Source: Podarcis tiliguerta (lineage: Eukaryota). Taken from it: a stretch of 64,000 nt of DNA. The stretch lies in assembly GCA_965153285.1 (NCBI GenBank), contig OZ229113.1, one strand, 5' to 3'. Positions 13,471 to 26,440 of the stretch are shown piece by piece; the first letter of the stretch is position 1, and every line of letters starts with the position of its first letter. A model generated the notes under the pieces. That model worked only from the letters and a program-made list of their open reading frames with translations. It was not told where the DNA came from and did not search any database. The translations under genes and the position numbers were made by a program.

Positions 13471-14564
13471 CACTGTACATGGAAAATTAGATGGCAAGAA
13501 GAAAAAAAAGAAGGGTTTTAGCTTAGTATTTTTATGACTTGCTTGCCATCTATGTGCAGGGATAGTTTTTCATAAAGATTTCACTCCAACTAGTCACCTG
13601 CTACAGTTTGATGCACCAACTCTATGAAAAGGAGGCATAATTCGACCATTTTGCTTTGGCATTTTCTATTAAATGTTGCAAATGAGAATAAATTGGTTTT
13701 TTTTTTAAGTAACCTGGACATTCTTGACATTTACAGAAAATATTGGTTAATATTGTGTCAAACATTTTGTTCTGAAGATTTATTAATGTCAGTATTCACT
13801 TGGAAATTAGATTAAATTTGGGAATTGAGAAGGGTACTTGACAGTTCTTGAGATTTGCTTGTAATTGTCAGTAGGCATGATAAAATTGCTAGTAAAACAT
13901 TCACTGTGGTTCTGACAATCAGCATAAATATACTTTTAGCCATTCATTTTTTCAACATTTCTTTCAACATTGCATTTGATTCCAAAAATAATCTATGCCC
14001 TTATTTATTATTGAAGAATTATATATACTCTTCTGTTTCAGCTACATCCTAAGTTAACATGACACCATGCATATGTTTGTGGCATGGCATATCAGTGTTC
14101 TGTGTATGTTGTCTAACAGATCATTTTAGTTAGGACTTTTAGTCATAATGGTGATAAGGATTGTGTTCAATGCTGGTTTTTTGCATCTGTTTTTTAACAG
14201 AGCTGAAAGCTTATCCAGGCTATCTTAGTTCAAACTGCTATCTTCTGTTGAGGCCTTGTGACAGGAAGCAGCCATCCCCCATCACTGTACAAAAAGGAGA
14301 GTTATTGTTTAGAAAGTTCAAGTTTGTTTTACTAAAATGTGGGTTTAAACTGCTGTTCGCCTTTGACCTTTAAAGAAAACACATAGACACAATTATAGTT
14401 TACTAAGCTGCCTTGGAAAGAAGCATCATGATTGCATGCTATTTGAAAGTTATAGTGCTCACGTCTTAGCACTCTGTAGTAATCAGTGCAAATGGCTAAA
14501 AACTAACATAAAACTGGTATTGGTGATATTAAATGTAAGTTTGTAAGAATGCAAATATGTACAC

Positions 14565-14581
14565 ACTACTACTACTACTAT

Positions 14582-14614
<33 letters not shown>

Positions 14615-14615
14615 C
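14565..14615. repeat. (ACT)n/(ACC)n microsatellite
   Basis: Visible directly. Confidence 0.95.
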
Positions 14616-15527
14616 AAAGAGTAAAAGGTTTGCTACTGGGACTATGCAACTACTGTATAACCAGATATGAAAGTGGGTTGATGTACAATGGTTGGGAAGA
14701 ACAACCAGTCCACACACAATAGCCAATATGTGATATTTCACTTTCCACACACTTTCTGCTGGAAGCCAGAAGCCTGTGAAGATAATAAATCATCTGGAAG
14801 ACCAATTTCATGCATTCAGTCAAGTAATAACCAGATCTATGATGCATCAAGTGAATAACTCAACCTAAATAAAAGTGTTTCAGTAATAAAGAGGGGTGGA
14901 ACATTTTATACTAAATTAGAATTTTCAGTGTTTGCTTCATGATACAGTTAGATTTTGAGGGGTATTTTAAAAATTGAAGTAATGGAAACATTCTGATGAA
15001 CACGACTGTTTTGGCACTCTTCCCATATTTAACAGCATGTAATGTTTATGTCATAATGTTTATTTGGCAAAGATATCTGCAGCACAACATGCCTTTTGAT
15101 AGTTGTGGCAAGTACCATAAAATATATGTTGGAATGATCTTAGAATACAATCTGAATGTTTTGAAACTCTTGCCTTTAATCTCCACATCTTTTCTTTTGT
15201 ATTTTTATACCCCTGTCTGCTTATTTATCTTTAAACTTAAAGGTGTGGTTTGACATACATCAATCTTCCTTCATTTTTGTGGTCCAGCACATTTTCTAAT
15301 AATATGGTTACTGTGTAGATGGAGGGTTGCCAGAAACTACAGTACAACCAATAGAAGAGTACAGAGAAAGGAGAATTTTTGTTAGTAGTAAGTACTTGGT
15401 GCGATACAGGTTTGTGTTTGCACCTTGTCAACAAGATATTTGTCACTCAAAGAGACTACATTGTGCCATATGTTCAGTGTTTTATGCAATATGCTCAGCG
15501 CAGTAGCATTACAGATGAAGTAGCATT

Positions 15528-15624
15528 GGGAGAAGAGCAATAACTCAGTGATAAAGCACATGCTTTGCACCCAAAAGATTCCAGTTCCAGTCCATGGCAT
15601 CTACCGGCAGGGGTGGGAAAGACT
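15528..15624 (+). mobile_element. Squam3-like tRNA SINE, 5' part
   Basis: TAACTCAGTGATAAAGCACATGCTTTGCA...GGCATCT; colinear with copies at 35805, 38338 and 60440. Confidence 0.6.
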
Positions 15625-16082
15625 GAATCCAGATCGCATCCACCTGAGAATTTGCAAAGAACTCAAATGTGAAATCCCTAATCTTCTAACAAAAATGTAT
15701 AACTTGTTCTTCAGATAGCCTCCATACCTGAGGATGGGAAAATAGCCAATTTAGCACAATTTTAAAAAATAATTGTGGGGAGAGCCTAGAAATTACTGAG
15801 CCAGCATGACTTCTGCACAGGCAAGCCCTGTCTCACAAACCTATCATTTATCTATTAAATTTGTATATCACCCTTTATTTGAAGAGCACAGGGTGGGTCA
15901 CAACATACAAAATGAGAACACAGAATACATAACCAAAACCCAATGATCCCACTTTCACAAACACAATAAAAAGGCCATAGGTTGTTTAATCAGCAGCCAA
16001 AGGCCTGGTTGTAAAGAAATGTTTTCACCAAACTGTATGTAACAAAGGCACCAGGCGAGCCTCACTGGGGAGAGCATTCCAC

Positions 16083-16309
16083 CATAGACATCAGACTATG
16101 CGGCGCCCTGGGTTCCCACAAATTATAAAGGAAGGGGTGCCCCCCCCCCCAAGATTCCACTTGTTGGCATGTACACGCCACGGGACATGTGTGTGTCACA
16201 TTGGCATCATGCACGAGTTACATCAGCATGCTGCAGGTGTACTGACATCACACACACATGCGTGCACACCTCAGGCACCCGCTGTCGCGGGGGCAAGGTG
16301 ACATGCCTG
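16083..16309. mobile_element. hAT MITE with 8-bp TSD
   Basis: Perfect CATTCCAC duplication (16075-16082 and 16310-16317); degenerate TIRs. Confidence 0.8.
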
Positions 16310-16323
16310 CATTCCACAAATGA

Positions 16324-16446
16324 GGAGTCACTTTAGAAAAGGCCCACTCTCATGTTGTCACCCATCAGACCTCTCGTGGAAGGGAGTCACTTTAGAAAAG
16401 GCCTGCTCTCATGTTGTCACCCACCAGACCTCTCGTGGAAGGGAGT
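16324..16446. repeat. 59-bp tandem duplication inside the L2 fragment
   Basis: GGAGTCACTTTAGAAAAGGCC...CTCGTGGAAG repeated at 16324 and 16383 with about 3 mismatches. Confidence 0.9.
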
Positions 16447-16527
16447 ACACAAAGAAGGGCCTCAGATTATGATTTCAGGGTCTGGTCAGTTCATATGGGG
16501 AGAGGCAGTCCTTGAGGTACCCCCAAG

Positions 16528-16742
16528 ATATGGTGATATCGGTTTCATAATTTTTGACCTGGCAATGTATCATGAACATGATTGTGTGCTATGCAAAAAT
16601 CATGATTCAGGGGAAACCATGAAGCCAGCCAATGCCTCTACATAGCTCCATCCTTATTTTAGACATTGTAATATATTGGTATATCGCGATGTTTAGCTGG
16701 TGATATATCACGATATTCAAAATCAGATATCACCCAGCCCTA
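16528..16742. mobile_element. hAT-like MITE
   Basis: Right end GATATCACCCAGCCCTA and repeated GATAT motifs; left end degraded. Confidence 0.5.
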
Positions 16743-18175
16743 ACCTTGGTTTGTAGTAGATAGCTCAAACTTTCGTCTGGTGGTCCACAAGCTCCCTTCA
16801 GGCAGTCTGTGGAAAGGGGGCAGAGCAGTCAAGAACTTGATTTATTTTTTTCTAATAATGATATTTCAACACAAGGGATGGCTCTAAGACACTGCCTTAG
16901 GATTTTCTTAATTTGAAAAGGCACCAAAGAAAGACGTTTATGCATTTATGTGTTTATGTGTTTATGTGTTTAAAACCCCAGCAATTTTTGAGTGGTCAGT
17001 CCAAAAAAAGTTTGGATAAGTCTGGAAAATAATCCAGAAAAATGAGTTAGAGGGTTTCTTGTGTTGCTGTGTTGCTCCAGAACAGTGGATGAGTTAGCAC
17101 ACTTTTAAAAAACTGGTGCAGAAATTTTGGTTATAATAAACATATATTTCTAGGGCCTCTTCATATTTTGTTGCTTGACTAAATTACTTAGGTATTCGTT
17201 CATATTTCTTAATATTAAATTCCCATTGTTTACCATTTGTAGGCTTATTTTTATATTAAATTCCAACAGTTGTCTTCTAATCAAAAGGCTTGTGCAGACT
17301 GTAGCTCCATCTTCCTTTGTTTTAACAGTTGTGGGTTTTGTGGCACCTACTAAAATATCCTCAAACAACTCCTAGTGTGTGTTAACAATAACTCTATTGA
17401 AGTTTCGTTCCCAGCCATTGCTTTTAAGCAAAGGAAAACCTCTTTTAAAGCCTGAGTATACAGATTATTGGCTCTTGACAAAAAGGAAATGAAGCAAGAT
17501 CAGGATTTATGTTGTGTTAGGAAATAACCATTTAGATGCAGGCTCCGTATTTTATTATGGATTATTGTGCTTAAAATTTGTGTACTGTTTTCGAGAATTC
17601 TAGGCTAGTTTTGCTACTGGCTTTAGTTTCTACAAACAGCTTTTACGCTGAAGTCACCATATTTAAGCTTTCACTTGCACAGATGTTTAACATGCTGTGG
17701 AAGGAACCTAGCAGCAGTAGACAACCATCAGGAGGGAGAAGCATTGGATGTCATGCACTTGACCTGATTCCTTGACCAAAGGGGCACAGGGTCAGCTATT
17801 GGGAACAATCCCAGAGAAACATTAAAAAAAAACCACACACAAAAAAACACGAAACAAAAGGATGTAGGACATGAGTAAGTGAAACACTAAGAAGCAAAAA
17901 TAAAGTATAAGTTGTTAGACCAGTAAGAAAGGGGGGAGCAATAAATAAATTATGCAACATTTATATGCAAGAACTTGGTGATCTGTTACTTTCTAGTGAA
18001 TGTGTTCTGTATAAAAAATAAATGGTGGCTATAAATGATGGGCTGCATGTAGCAAATACTTGAATATATAATCAAAATCTATTTGCTTAGTATCTTTTTT
18101 GAGATACATTTATTATATTTCTCAGTATCTTTTTTAAAAAAAAAATATCAGTGGTTGTCTTTACAAAGCACCCTA

Positions 18176-18547
18176 GGTAAAGGTACCCCTGACCGTTAGG
18201 GTCCAGTCGCAAACGACTCTGGGGTTGCACTCTCATCTTGCTCTATAGGCCTAGGGAGTCGGCGTTTGTCTGCAGACAGGTTCTTGGTCATGTGGCCAGC
18301 ATGACTAAGCCGCTTCTGGTGCAACAGAACACCGAAACCAAAGCAATGCACGGAAACGCCATTTACCTTCCCGCCGGAGCAGTACCTATTTATCTACTTG
18401 CACTTTGACATGCTTTCAAACTGCTAGGTGGGCAGGAGCTGGGATCAAACAACGGGAGTTTACTCTGTCGTGGAGATTCGAACCGCTGATCTTCTGATCA
18501 GCAAGCCCTAGGCTCTGTGGTTGAGACCACAGTGCCAACCGCATCCC
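18176..18547 (-). mobile_element. Sauria (Squam1) SINE, full length
   Basis: Reverse complement of the 53000 copy; imperfect TSD TACAAAGCACCCTA / TACAAAAGTACCCTA. Confidence 0.93.
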
Positions 18548-19019
18548 TACAAAAGTACCCTATATAATTCGCCTACTGTATTTGCACATCTGGTGAATGG
18601 AGTGGCTGTGATTGTGCCGTAGAAAATTCCCTTGCTCAAAGGTCACATTGGCAACAAATTTACTAGAATGTTGTATGCTAATCAATATTCAATATTTTAT
18701 CCCTTCTCCTTAGCCCAGAATTTGGTTATGATAATACTCTCCTACCTGGCATGGTCATTGCAAATGTTGCTGCTGCAATGCATGTGAATCTCTTTAAACA
18801 CTTGAAGTGAGTTGTAAATAGGCTATATAAATTCTAAGTGTTTTTATTTGATGGCCATTAAACCATTTTGTGTTTCAACAATTGTGGTAAATATCAGTAT
18901 GAATTATAAAAGGAAAAGGCTCATTTGCAATACTGTTATGAATCTTAAGCTGTTGGGGAGATTTGGCCTGATTTTTCCTTTCCAGATTGTTGTTGATGTC
19001 ACAAGCTAAATTAGAAACC

Positions 19020-19096
19020 TTTGATGAGAAAGAAGGAGAGGAGGAATATATATAATCTATTTGATGAGAAAGAGGGAGGGGAAGAATATATATAAA
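19020..19096. repeat. ~40-bp tandem duplication
   Basis: TTTGATGAGAAAGA...GAATATATATAA occurs twice. Confidence 0.8.
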
Positions 19097-19830
19097 CTAA
19101 GAGCCTTTGAAAAATTCATAAAGTGGGATATAAAAGGGAATAAAATGAAATTATAAATAATAGTTTGTGTGGCTTTTTGAAATGAAAATTGCTGGCCAGG
19201 GGGTGTTGTAACTTGAATGTCTCACTAGAGATCTTTTCCAGATGACCTTGTACTCTCTAAGTTTGACAAAGCAACACATGATGTCACAGTGCACGAGAGA
19301 AGGAGATATTTTGGGTTTGTAGACAATGAGGCATCCAGGTTTAGAGATTTTATTAGTCTGGTGTCACTTCAGGACTAAGTGGAGGTGAAGAAGTTGAAAC
19401 TGAATCATATCAAGATGGAGGTACTGTTAGGAGCTCTGGGTGAGGATGTTTGTGCCCCATTTAGTGTTACAGGGTGTATGCCTCTGAATGCCAAAAGCTC
19501 AACAACTTTGGTCAATCCAATGGGTAGATCATTGCTAGTTTTTTAATAGTGGGAATAGATTGCAGTCTCTTGGGAGTTGGACATGCCTGTTCTAGTAGAT
19601 GCAATGAGTTTCCTGCTCAGAAAAATTAATCAGTTTCTTCTGTGAGAGAAAAAATACTCGCACAAACCCACCCTTAACCGCAGGTAATTTTTGCAGCCAC
19701 TGTGCATGAGATCCAGATTGAGAGGCTACCATGGGAGCAAGGGGTTTTGAACCCTGTGTTCCCCATGGTGGCCTCGCCTTGAGCACACCCTCACTTGCAA
19801 TTTATTTTGCCAACTCAGAATTCCTAAGTA

Positions 19831-20072
19831 CAGTGGTACCTCGGGTTACATACGCTTCAGGTTACAGACGCTTCAGGTTACAGACTCTGCTAACCCAGAA
19901 ATAGTATCTCGGATTAAGAACATTGCTTCAGGATGAGAACAGAAATCGTGCTCCGGCGGCGTGGCAGCAGCAGGAGGCCCCATTAGCTAAAGTGGTGCTC
20001 CAGGTTAAGAACAGTTTCAGGTTAAGAACGGACCTCCGGAACGAATTAAGTACTTAACCTGAGGTACCACTG
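19831..20072. mobile_element. Tc1/pogo (Tigger-like) MITE, 242 bp
   Basis: Same TIRs, TA flanks and length as 10753-10994. Confidence 0.92.
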
Positions 20073-21579
20073 TATGTGATAATGCTTCAATTAGAACACT
20101 ATTGCCCTTTGTTTCTGATAAAGCTTAAGCTGATCCATAAGCCTATGGTATAAGCATGAGAATCACCTATTTATTTATTGTAAAAATGATCTCATTTATT
20201 ACTATTACATGTTGTCGACATCTTATGCCGTAGACTAAAAGTTACTATTGAATAGTATCTGACTCCCCTCCACCCACTCCATGTCCTTTCTTACTGCCCT
20301 TTCTCATCACTTACATTCCCTAGTTCTGGCTGCAGACCGCAATCATGCTATCCTGAATTACGGTCTCATCTAGCATTTCTGCCAGTAGTCTATTTGTTGA
20401 TCAATTACATTGATTTTCAGGTTTAAGGGCAAGGTCTAATTGCATAACTCCACACATGATCTACACTGCTACTGCTGTCTTTGAATATCATTACTGTATC
20501 TTGGGAGGGTCATTCGTCCTCATGGAGCATCAGCTGAACAGGTCAACATTTTAAAATATTTGTTTTGTTAATTTGAGAACTTTTCAATTGTCGCAATTGC
20601 GAATTAATTCTGAACCAAACTTAGTTGAGCATTAGCATTGCATTTCGTGCACAATAATTGTACTTATCATGCAACAATCACAGTAGTTAGAAAGCTTTCT
20701 GTCATGGAAAGAGGACTTCCTTTCCTGTAAATAGAGGAGCTGTCAAGAGGAGAGAAACCTGATCACTATCTTTTGAACTGATCAGGTAGCGTAATTCATT
20801 AATAGCCCTTTATGCTTTCACTACAGCTTCTGCATCAGCTTGAATTTGGTCTTATTCCTTTCTTGTAAAGGGCCATGATTGGGTCAGGCCAATTCTCCTA
20901 ATTTCTACAGTACTGGCTATTCCTTCTTGCTCTTTTCAACCAAAATCTGATAAGCGAATGTACTATTAATTGGGAGTATTTGCTTCTATAACTCTTCCTT
21001 CCAGTTTCTAATTAATTAATTCATCATTTGGCTTATTTGATGTTAGGTCAACATTTTGAATTATTATTATTTTGCTTTGTTTCTGTGTTTATTAGAAGGC
21101 ACTGCTATTCCCATTGCTATACACCACTTTTAAAGGAAAAAACCACACAGCCCCCTGAGTTTAGCAGTGGGCATAGAAAGATGTGAAGGACGTGTTTGCA
21201 ACCAGAGGCCCCACGACTACCAACAGATACGTTTTATAAAAAATGGCAATGGTGACCTTTTGTTTGGTGGTGTGCACCAGGCAAAAAAACTTTTCACATG
21301 CAATGCTTGCTGAGACCACATTTTGGCTTGGCCACAAATTTTGAAGGTGATGCCTGTGCATAATTACCTTTGATGCATTAGTTGTAAAACAAGAAATGGA
21401 AAGGAAAGGAAGAAAAAAGTAGGATATTAACTAAAGCATGCTACTGTATAGTATTTTATAACATTAGTGTGCAAATGAAGTAGTTCAATTGAAAAATTAT
21501 ACTTTGACAGCCTTCATACTGTATTTCTAATGGTGTTCAGTCCTAGTGATTTCTGAGGCCAGATTATTTAGTCGCTTTT

Positions 21580-21694
21580 CTGAATCTAAACAAATCTGGG
21601 TCTGGTTGGAGCCTGGATGAGAGATCACCTGGGAATCCCATTCACTTTGTCTTGCCTTCCTTGAAGAAAGTTGGGATATAAAAGCACTAAATAC
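21580..21694 (+). mobile_element. 5S rRNA-derived SINE fragment
   Basis: TGGATGAGAGATCACCTGGGAAT resembles the 5S box C region (TGGATGGGAGACCGCCTGGGAAT); tail AAGTTGGGATATAAA. Confidence 0.55.
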
Positions 21695-22737
21695 ATTCTG
21701 TTCAAGAACTCTCCTCTCAGCTTCATTTGCTGGTATTTGAGTGCCTTGAGAAGTGGAAATCCTTTGCCAATTTCATCTGAATAACCTTCTGATCTATGGT
21801 TTGAAGGGTAGGTAGAGTCAAAGCAGCTTCTGACATGTCTGGTAACCAGGCTGATCTCTCTCCGAGACTCTGCCTGTTCTGAATAACAATATTTATTAGC
21901 CAGAAATTCAGGTTGAGGGCTGCTGAACAGGAGACCACACTCATTCATTTCATAGTTGGCACAAATCAGTGAAGTATATAACTTGCCCAGGATGCAACTA
22001 ATTTTAAAGTATTTTGTCTAAGGGATATATATACAAGTTAACCTTTCTTTTTTTTTTACAAATTCCACAATGTGTAATAATAATGTTTAATAGGAAAAGG
22101 AGGACAGTATGTGATAGGCCCCGTTTTCTGATTGATAACTAGGATACAGTGTTCATTTTTAATTAAACATTTTATCTTCATGTAGTCTATTATTGACATT
22201 CTTCATAATAAAGCTGATAAGATCTTGACCCAGACATCAGTAAAGAATATATAGCTCAATATGCAGGTCCCTTCAGAATTAAGAACAAGATTTTCTAATT
22301 TAATTTTAAAACCATGTGTAGTTTCATTCCAATATATTTGGTTTCCGTTCAGTTGTTGTACCTTGAGATGTCATAAAATGCTGCCTAATATTAGCTCAAT
22401 ATGTATGGTGGAATGGCTGATAGGGTGGCAAGCGCTTGATTAATGTGGTTACAATTAGGTTAAATGATGAATATGAATAATTTGGATGAACAAGTGGAAA
22501 GGAATTTCTGGGATATTCTTCTCAGAACATTCAGGGATGTTAAACAATTGTGTTGAATTATATATATGAATAATTTGTATGATCACATGAAAAGAATACA
22601 CTTGAATACTCTTTTTAGGCTGTTATTAGCTGCCTTGTCTGCTTAATAACCTCTTAACTTGGAATGCAAGCATTTATGTTAATCTCTGTGTCTGTTTATA
22701 GAAATATTTCAGAATTCACTAAGCTTAACATTATTTT

Positions 22738-23415
22738 GGGACGCGGGTGGTGCTGTGGTCTAAACCACTGAGCTTCTTGGGCTTGCCAATCAGAAGGTCG
22801 GCAGTTCGAATCCCCGCGATGGGGTGAGCTCCCGTTGCTTGGTCCCAGCTCCTGCCAACCAAGCAGTTCGAAAGGACATCAAAGTGCAAGTAGATAAATA
22901 GGTATCACTCCAGGAAGGTAAATGGCGTTTCCGTGCGCTGCTCTGGTTTGCCAGAAGCGGCTTTGTCATGCTGGCCACATGACCCAGAAGCTGTACGCCG
23001 GCTCCCTCGGCCAGTAAGGTGTTATGTACTAAGCTTGGATCCTAGAACAATAGGCAAGTAGGATCCTAGAATGCAACAACTGATTGGCTTACAGGAAAAG
23101 ACCAATCAGGCTCCAGGAGGAAGTTAATCAGCCTTTTAGGCTGGTAGGATCGTAGAATGCAACAACTGATTGGCCTGCAGGAAAAGACCAATCAGGCTCC
23201 AGGAGGGAAGCAGAATCAGCCAATCAGACTGGACTCATTGTTTAAATAATGTATATAAAAGCCTGAGGTTTGGGGGGCTATTAATCACTGTTTTACAAGC
23301 TGCAGTAAAAAGCATGAAATCACTAAAGGACTCCGAGTATATTTCAAAAGCAAGATGAGCGCCGCAACCACAGAGTCGTTCGCGACTGGACTTAACTGCC
23401 AGGGGTCCTTTACCT
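22738..23415 (+). mobile_element. Sauria (Squam1) SINE split by an LTR insertion
   Basis: GGGACGCGGGTGG head, B box GTTCGAATCC, TTTACCT tail; perfect 13-bp TSD TTAACATTATTTT (22725-22737 and 23416-23428). Confidence 0.95.
23020..23346 (+). mobile_element. Short solo LTR (327 bp), Gypsy-like 4-bp TSD
   Basis: TGTTATGTAC...GTATATTTCA ends; TSD AAGG/AAAG; three CCAATC boxes; TATATAAAA ~23253; AGTAAA ~23305; internal ~63-bp duplication. Confidence 0.85.
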
Positions 23416-23538
23416 TTAACATTATTTTAATTTCCTCCCTTCTTTGATATTTTTTCTCTTTCACTCTTCCTTAGATCACTCAAATCTATTTTTTAAATGG
23501 TGCTTAGGAATGCCGATCAAAGAAAATTAGCTTTATTA

Positions 23539-24053
23539 CCAGGAGCCAACTACACCAACGTGGGGGCGCCACCTCACCTTTAGGATTGTGTGTGCCCGCT
23601 GCTACAAAACAGATTTGCGATGTCACATGCACACGTCTGCATGCAGTATGTGTGACGTCACATATACGACATGCAATGTTGCATTGCGTTTTGGAAGGGG
23701 GCTCCTCCAAAAATGCAAAGCAACATTGGGCATAGAGCGTGTGACATTGCACATCTGCATTGTGGCAGGGTGGCTCCTCTTCCTCTTTGCAGATAGTGAG
23801 CAAGGCACCCTTTTCTGTGGGGTGGGGTTCAGACGCAGAGAGATTCTGCCTCTGCGTCCGAGGCTCCCCCCCCCCCCGAAAAGGGTGCCTTGCTTGCTGG
23901 CTGCAGAGGGTGGAGCTGAACTGCTTCTCTCTCAGAGGCAGCACCACTGCCGCCTACTGCCTTTTCTCGTTGACTTTGTGGGTGCCCAGCCCCCATGATT
24001 ATATTATTGTGGGGGGCCCTAGTACCCACATCTTCCCAGGATTAGCTCCTATG
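23539..24053. mobile_element. GC-rich hAT-like non-autonomous element
   Basis: Ends CAGGAGCCAAC...ATTAGCTCCTATG; quasi-palindromic GTCACA/TGTGAC interior like that of the 16083 MITE. Confidence 0.5.
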
Positions 24054-26297
24054 ACAGCAACAGCAATATCACAAGCTGCTGGAACGCTCCACATCAGATT
24101 GCCAGTGGGCTGGAAGTGGGGTGGGATCAGCTACTTAAACGTTTCTTTCTTCACATTAAAAACGGACACCCTCTGCACATAATATATTAGGTAGAAGCAT
24201 CCTAGGCCAGCTCAAGTGGTGCAGTCTTGGACCACCGGCTTTGAATGTGTTGTCTTGTGTATGTTCTGTGATATTAAAGTGGAAAGTAGTATTGTGTAGG
24301 CCCAGGTCTTTTGTCTGCTTTGTTTGCTGTGTCAGGCATTGCTTCACGTATAATTTCAGGCTTTTCTTAAGGCCTGTTCACAATTGATTGCCTCTCACTG
24401 ATACGTACTGTGCTCATGTAGTAAGAAAATGTTATCCATAATAACTGGCCTGTAACAGCAGATTTTAGAGCTAAGTTATTACTCATTACTTTCAGCGATA
24501 AAAGGAAAAAACAGGGTTGGGTGCCTGGAGCCTTATTTCAGCATTAGCAAGACGGGATGCTTTGCTTTCTCCCACTCACTATTTGTCCATTTAGGATACA
24601 TTCGTTTTTAATTACTTTTTAAACTAGCGGGCTCCCAAGTCATTTCACATTAAAGAAATATTTCCAAGTTTTTAGCAGCAACAGCTGCATTATGACTTAT
24701 TATTCCCTAATAACAAAATCATATTCACACAATCAAGGATATCCAGGTAGTTTTAGAAGTTGTTGATTCTAAGTAATGAAAACTAGGCACTCTTGTTTAC
24801 AGATATTTTAATCCTATATCTGATTCATATTATCTTGGATCATTCTTAGATCATTCTTAGATAAAAGGAAAGTGAATCAAGATCCCTTAATTATTTATAG
24901 GCTCTTTCTTCACTTTCAACTCTCCCTCTTAATTTCTATAAATAAACCAAATGTCTAAGTGAGTTAAGGAGTTGCAATGTCAAGGTAACCAAATGTGTGA
25001 ACAATGCCTTGGTTTTTGTCATTCACGCTGTTCTTTACCATTTTCCTGAAATGAAAGAGAAGGAAGTCAAAAGTGTCCCTAACTATCCTTGATCTGTACT
25101 GTCTTTCAGTTTTCCTCTGAATCACTTCTTGATTTCCAGAAATTGGTTGGAAAGTGAAATAAGTGAAAGTGCAGGAATTTCAGAGCTGCCAGTAGGACAA
25201 AAAATAATCTCTATTTTATCTGTTTATAAGGAACAAATAACATATGACCTTTTGCTTCTCTTTACCCACTTTTTATTTTGAAATAGTATAGAGATTTTAA
25301 ATGTAGTTAGATCTTTTGAACAGGCTACCACATCTTTACCTACCATGGTAAGCAAACTGCTTCCATTGGGTGAGTTCAGTTATCTGAGACTTGGAACTGT
25401 AGCGTTGGGTGTGTATTAACTCTTCTCAGATGCAAAGCTGGACAGATGCCTGAGATTGGGAGGTGGTCTGTTTATTGGTTTAACTGTCATATGGCCAAGG
25501 AGCTCCAGGGGTGAGCAGCCAAAGACTCCCTTTCTTTCCATTAAAAACTGATGCATGAAGGCTGCCCATATAGAAGCGTTCTGGGCTCCTAAGCAGATGA
25601 AGGGCCAAAGAAGCCCCCTTACCTCTTTTTCCTGTCCCAGAGCAGCAAAGAGTGGTAGATGAGGCATTCAGCAATGCAGGGAGTGAAACCATTCCTGAGA
25701 GGAGACAGGGGACTTTCTTGATTCTGGCCCCACTGAGTTTCCCAGGTGCCTGGACCAAGTAGGAACCAGATAGTCAAAAGAAGTGGGGGACATGTTTCCT
25801 CCTACTTGGCTGACACACCCAACTTAGCAAGGGAACAGACAGGGCCAAAGTGCCTACAGTTTTTGGAGTGGGTCCATAGTCAGCCGAAAGTTATAGACGT
25901 TCAGTTAGAAAGTTATTCAAAGCAACTGAATTTCTACCAATAATAATTACCCAACATATTTATTAGCAGGCTACCAGCTCCCCAAGTTATGATCCATTAG
26001 ACCAAATGCAGTCTATGAGTCAGGTGTGGTGGTCTGCTAGATGTTTGACAACCCATCTTTCTTTGCAATTACAAGCAAAACCCCTTTATTGAGCTCTTGT
26101 TAGACCACCATACATCACTGATGAGTTACTTTTGGCTTGGTGGTTTAAGCTATTATTATTATTATTATTAGAATTTGTATACCGCACTATACATGCTGAA
26201 GAATTATCCCAGTCCCATCTTTCTGCATCTTACATTGTTTACAGAAACCCTTCTGGTCTAATCTCCAGTGTCTATTAGGACATAACATGTCCCAGGG

Positions 26298-26440
26298 CAT
26301 GTTCTAAAGGCACATTAGGCCACCACCTTGCGGAAGCTAAGCAGAATTGGATATGGTCATTGCATAGATGTGTGTGGCTACTTGAGAATCACATGTCCAT
26401 CTCCTTGAGTTACATGGTAAATGGTATATAAATGTAAGAG
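26298..26440 (+). mobile_element. 5S rRNA-derived SINE
   Basis: GGCCACCACCTTGCGGAAGCTAAGCAG (5S box A); colinear with the reverse complement of 57900-58062. Confidence 0.65.

Larger units (their letters stand above)
15843..16520 (-). mobile_element. L2 LINE 3' fragment interrupted by a hAT MITE
   Basis: GGGAGAGCATTCCAC...GAAAAGGCCC and GAGAGGCAGTCCTTGAGGTA match, in reverse complement, the 3' coding region of the L2 at 33.6-33.9 kb. Confidence 0.7.

Noticed and set aside
23504-24182. Overlapping 130-147 aa ORFs on both strands
   Set aside because: GC-rich interior of a non-autonomous element; no transposase motifs
26298-26440. 5S rRNA gene
   Set aside because: Only partial, diverged 5S similarity with a foreign 5' end and LINE-like tail; treated as a SINE
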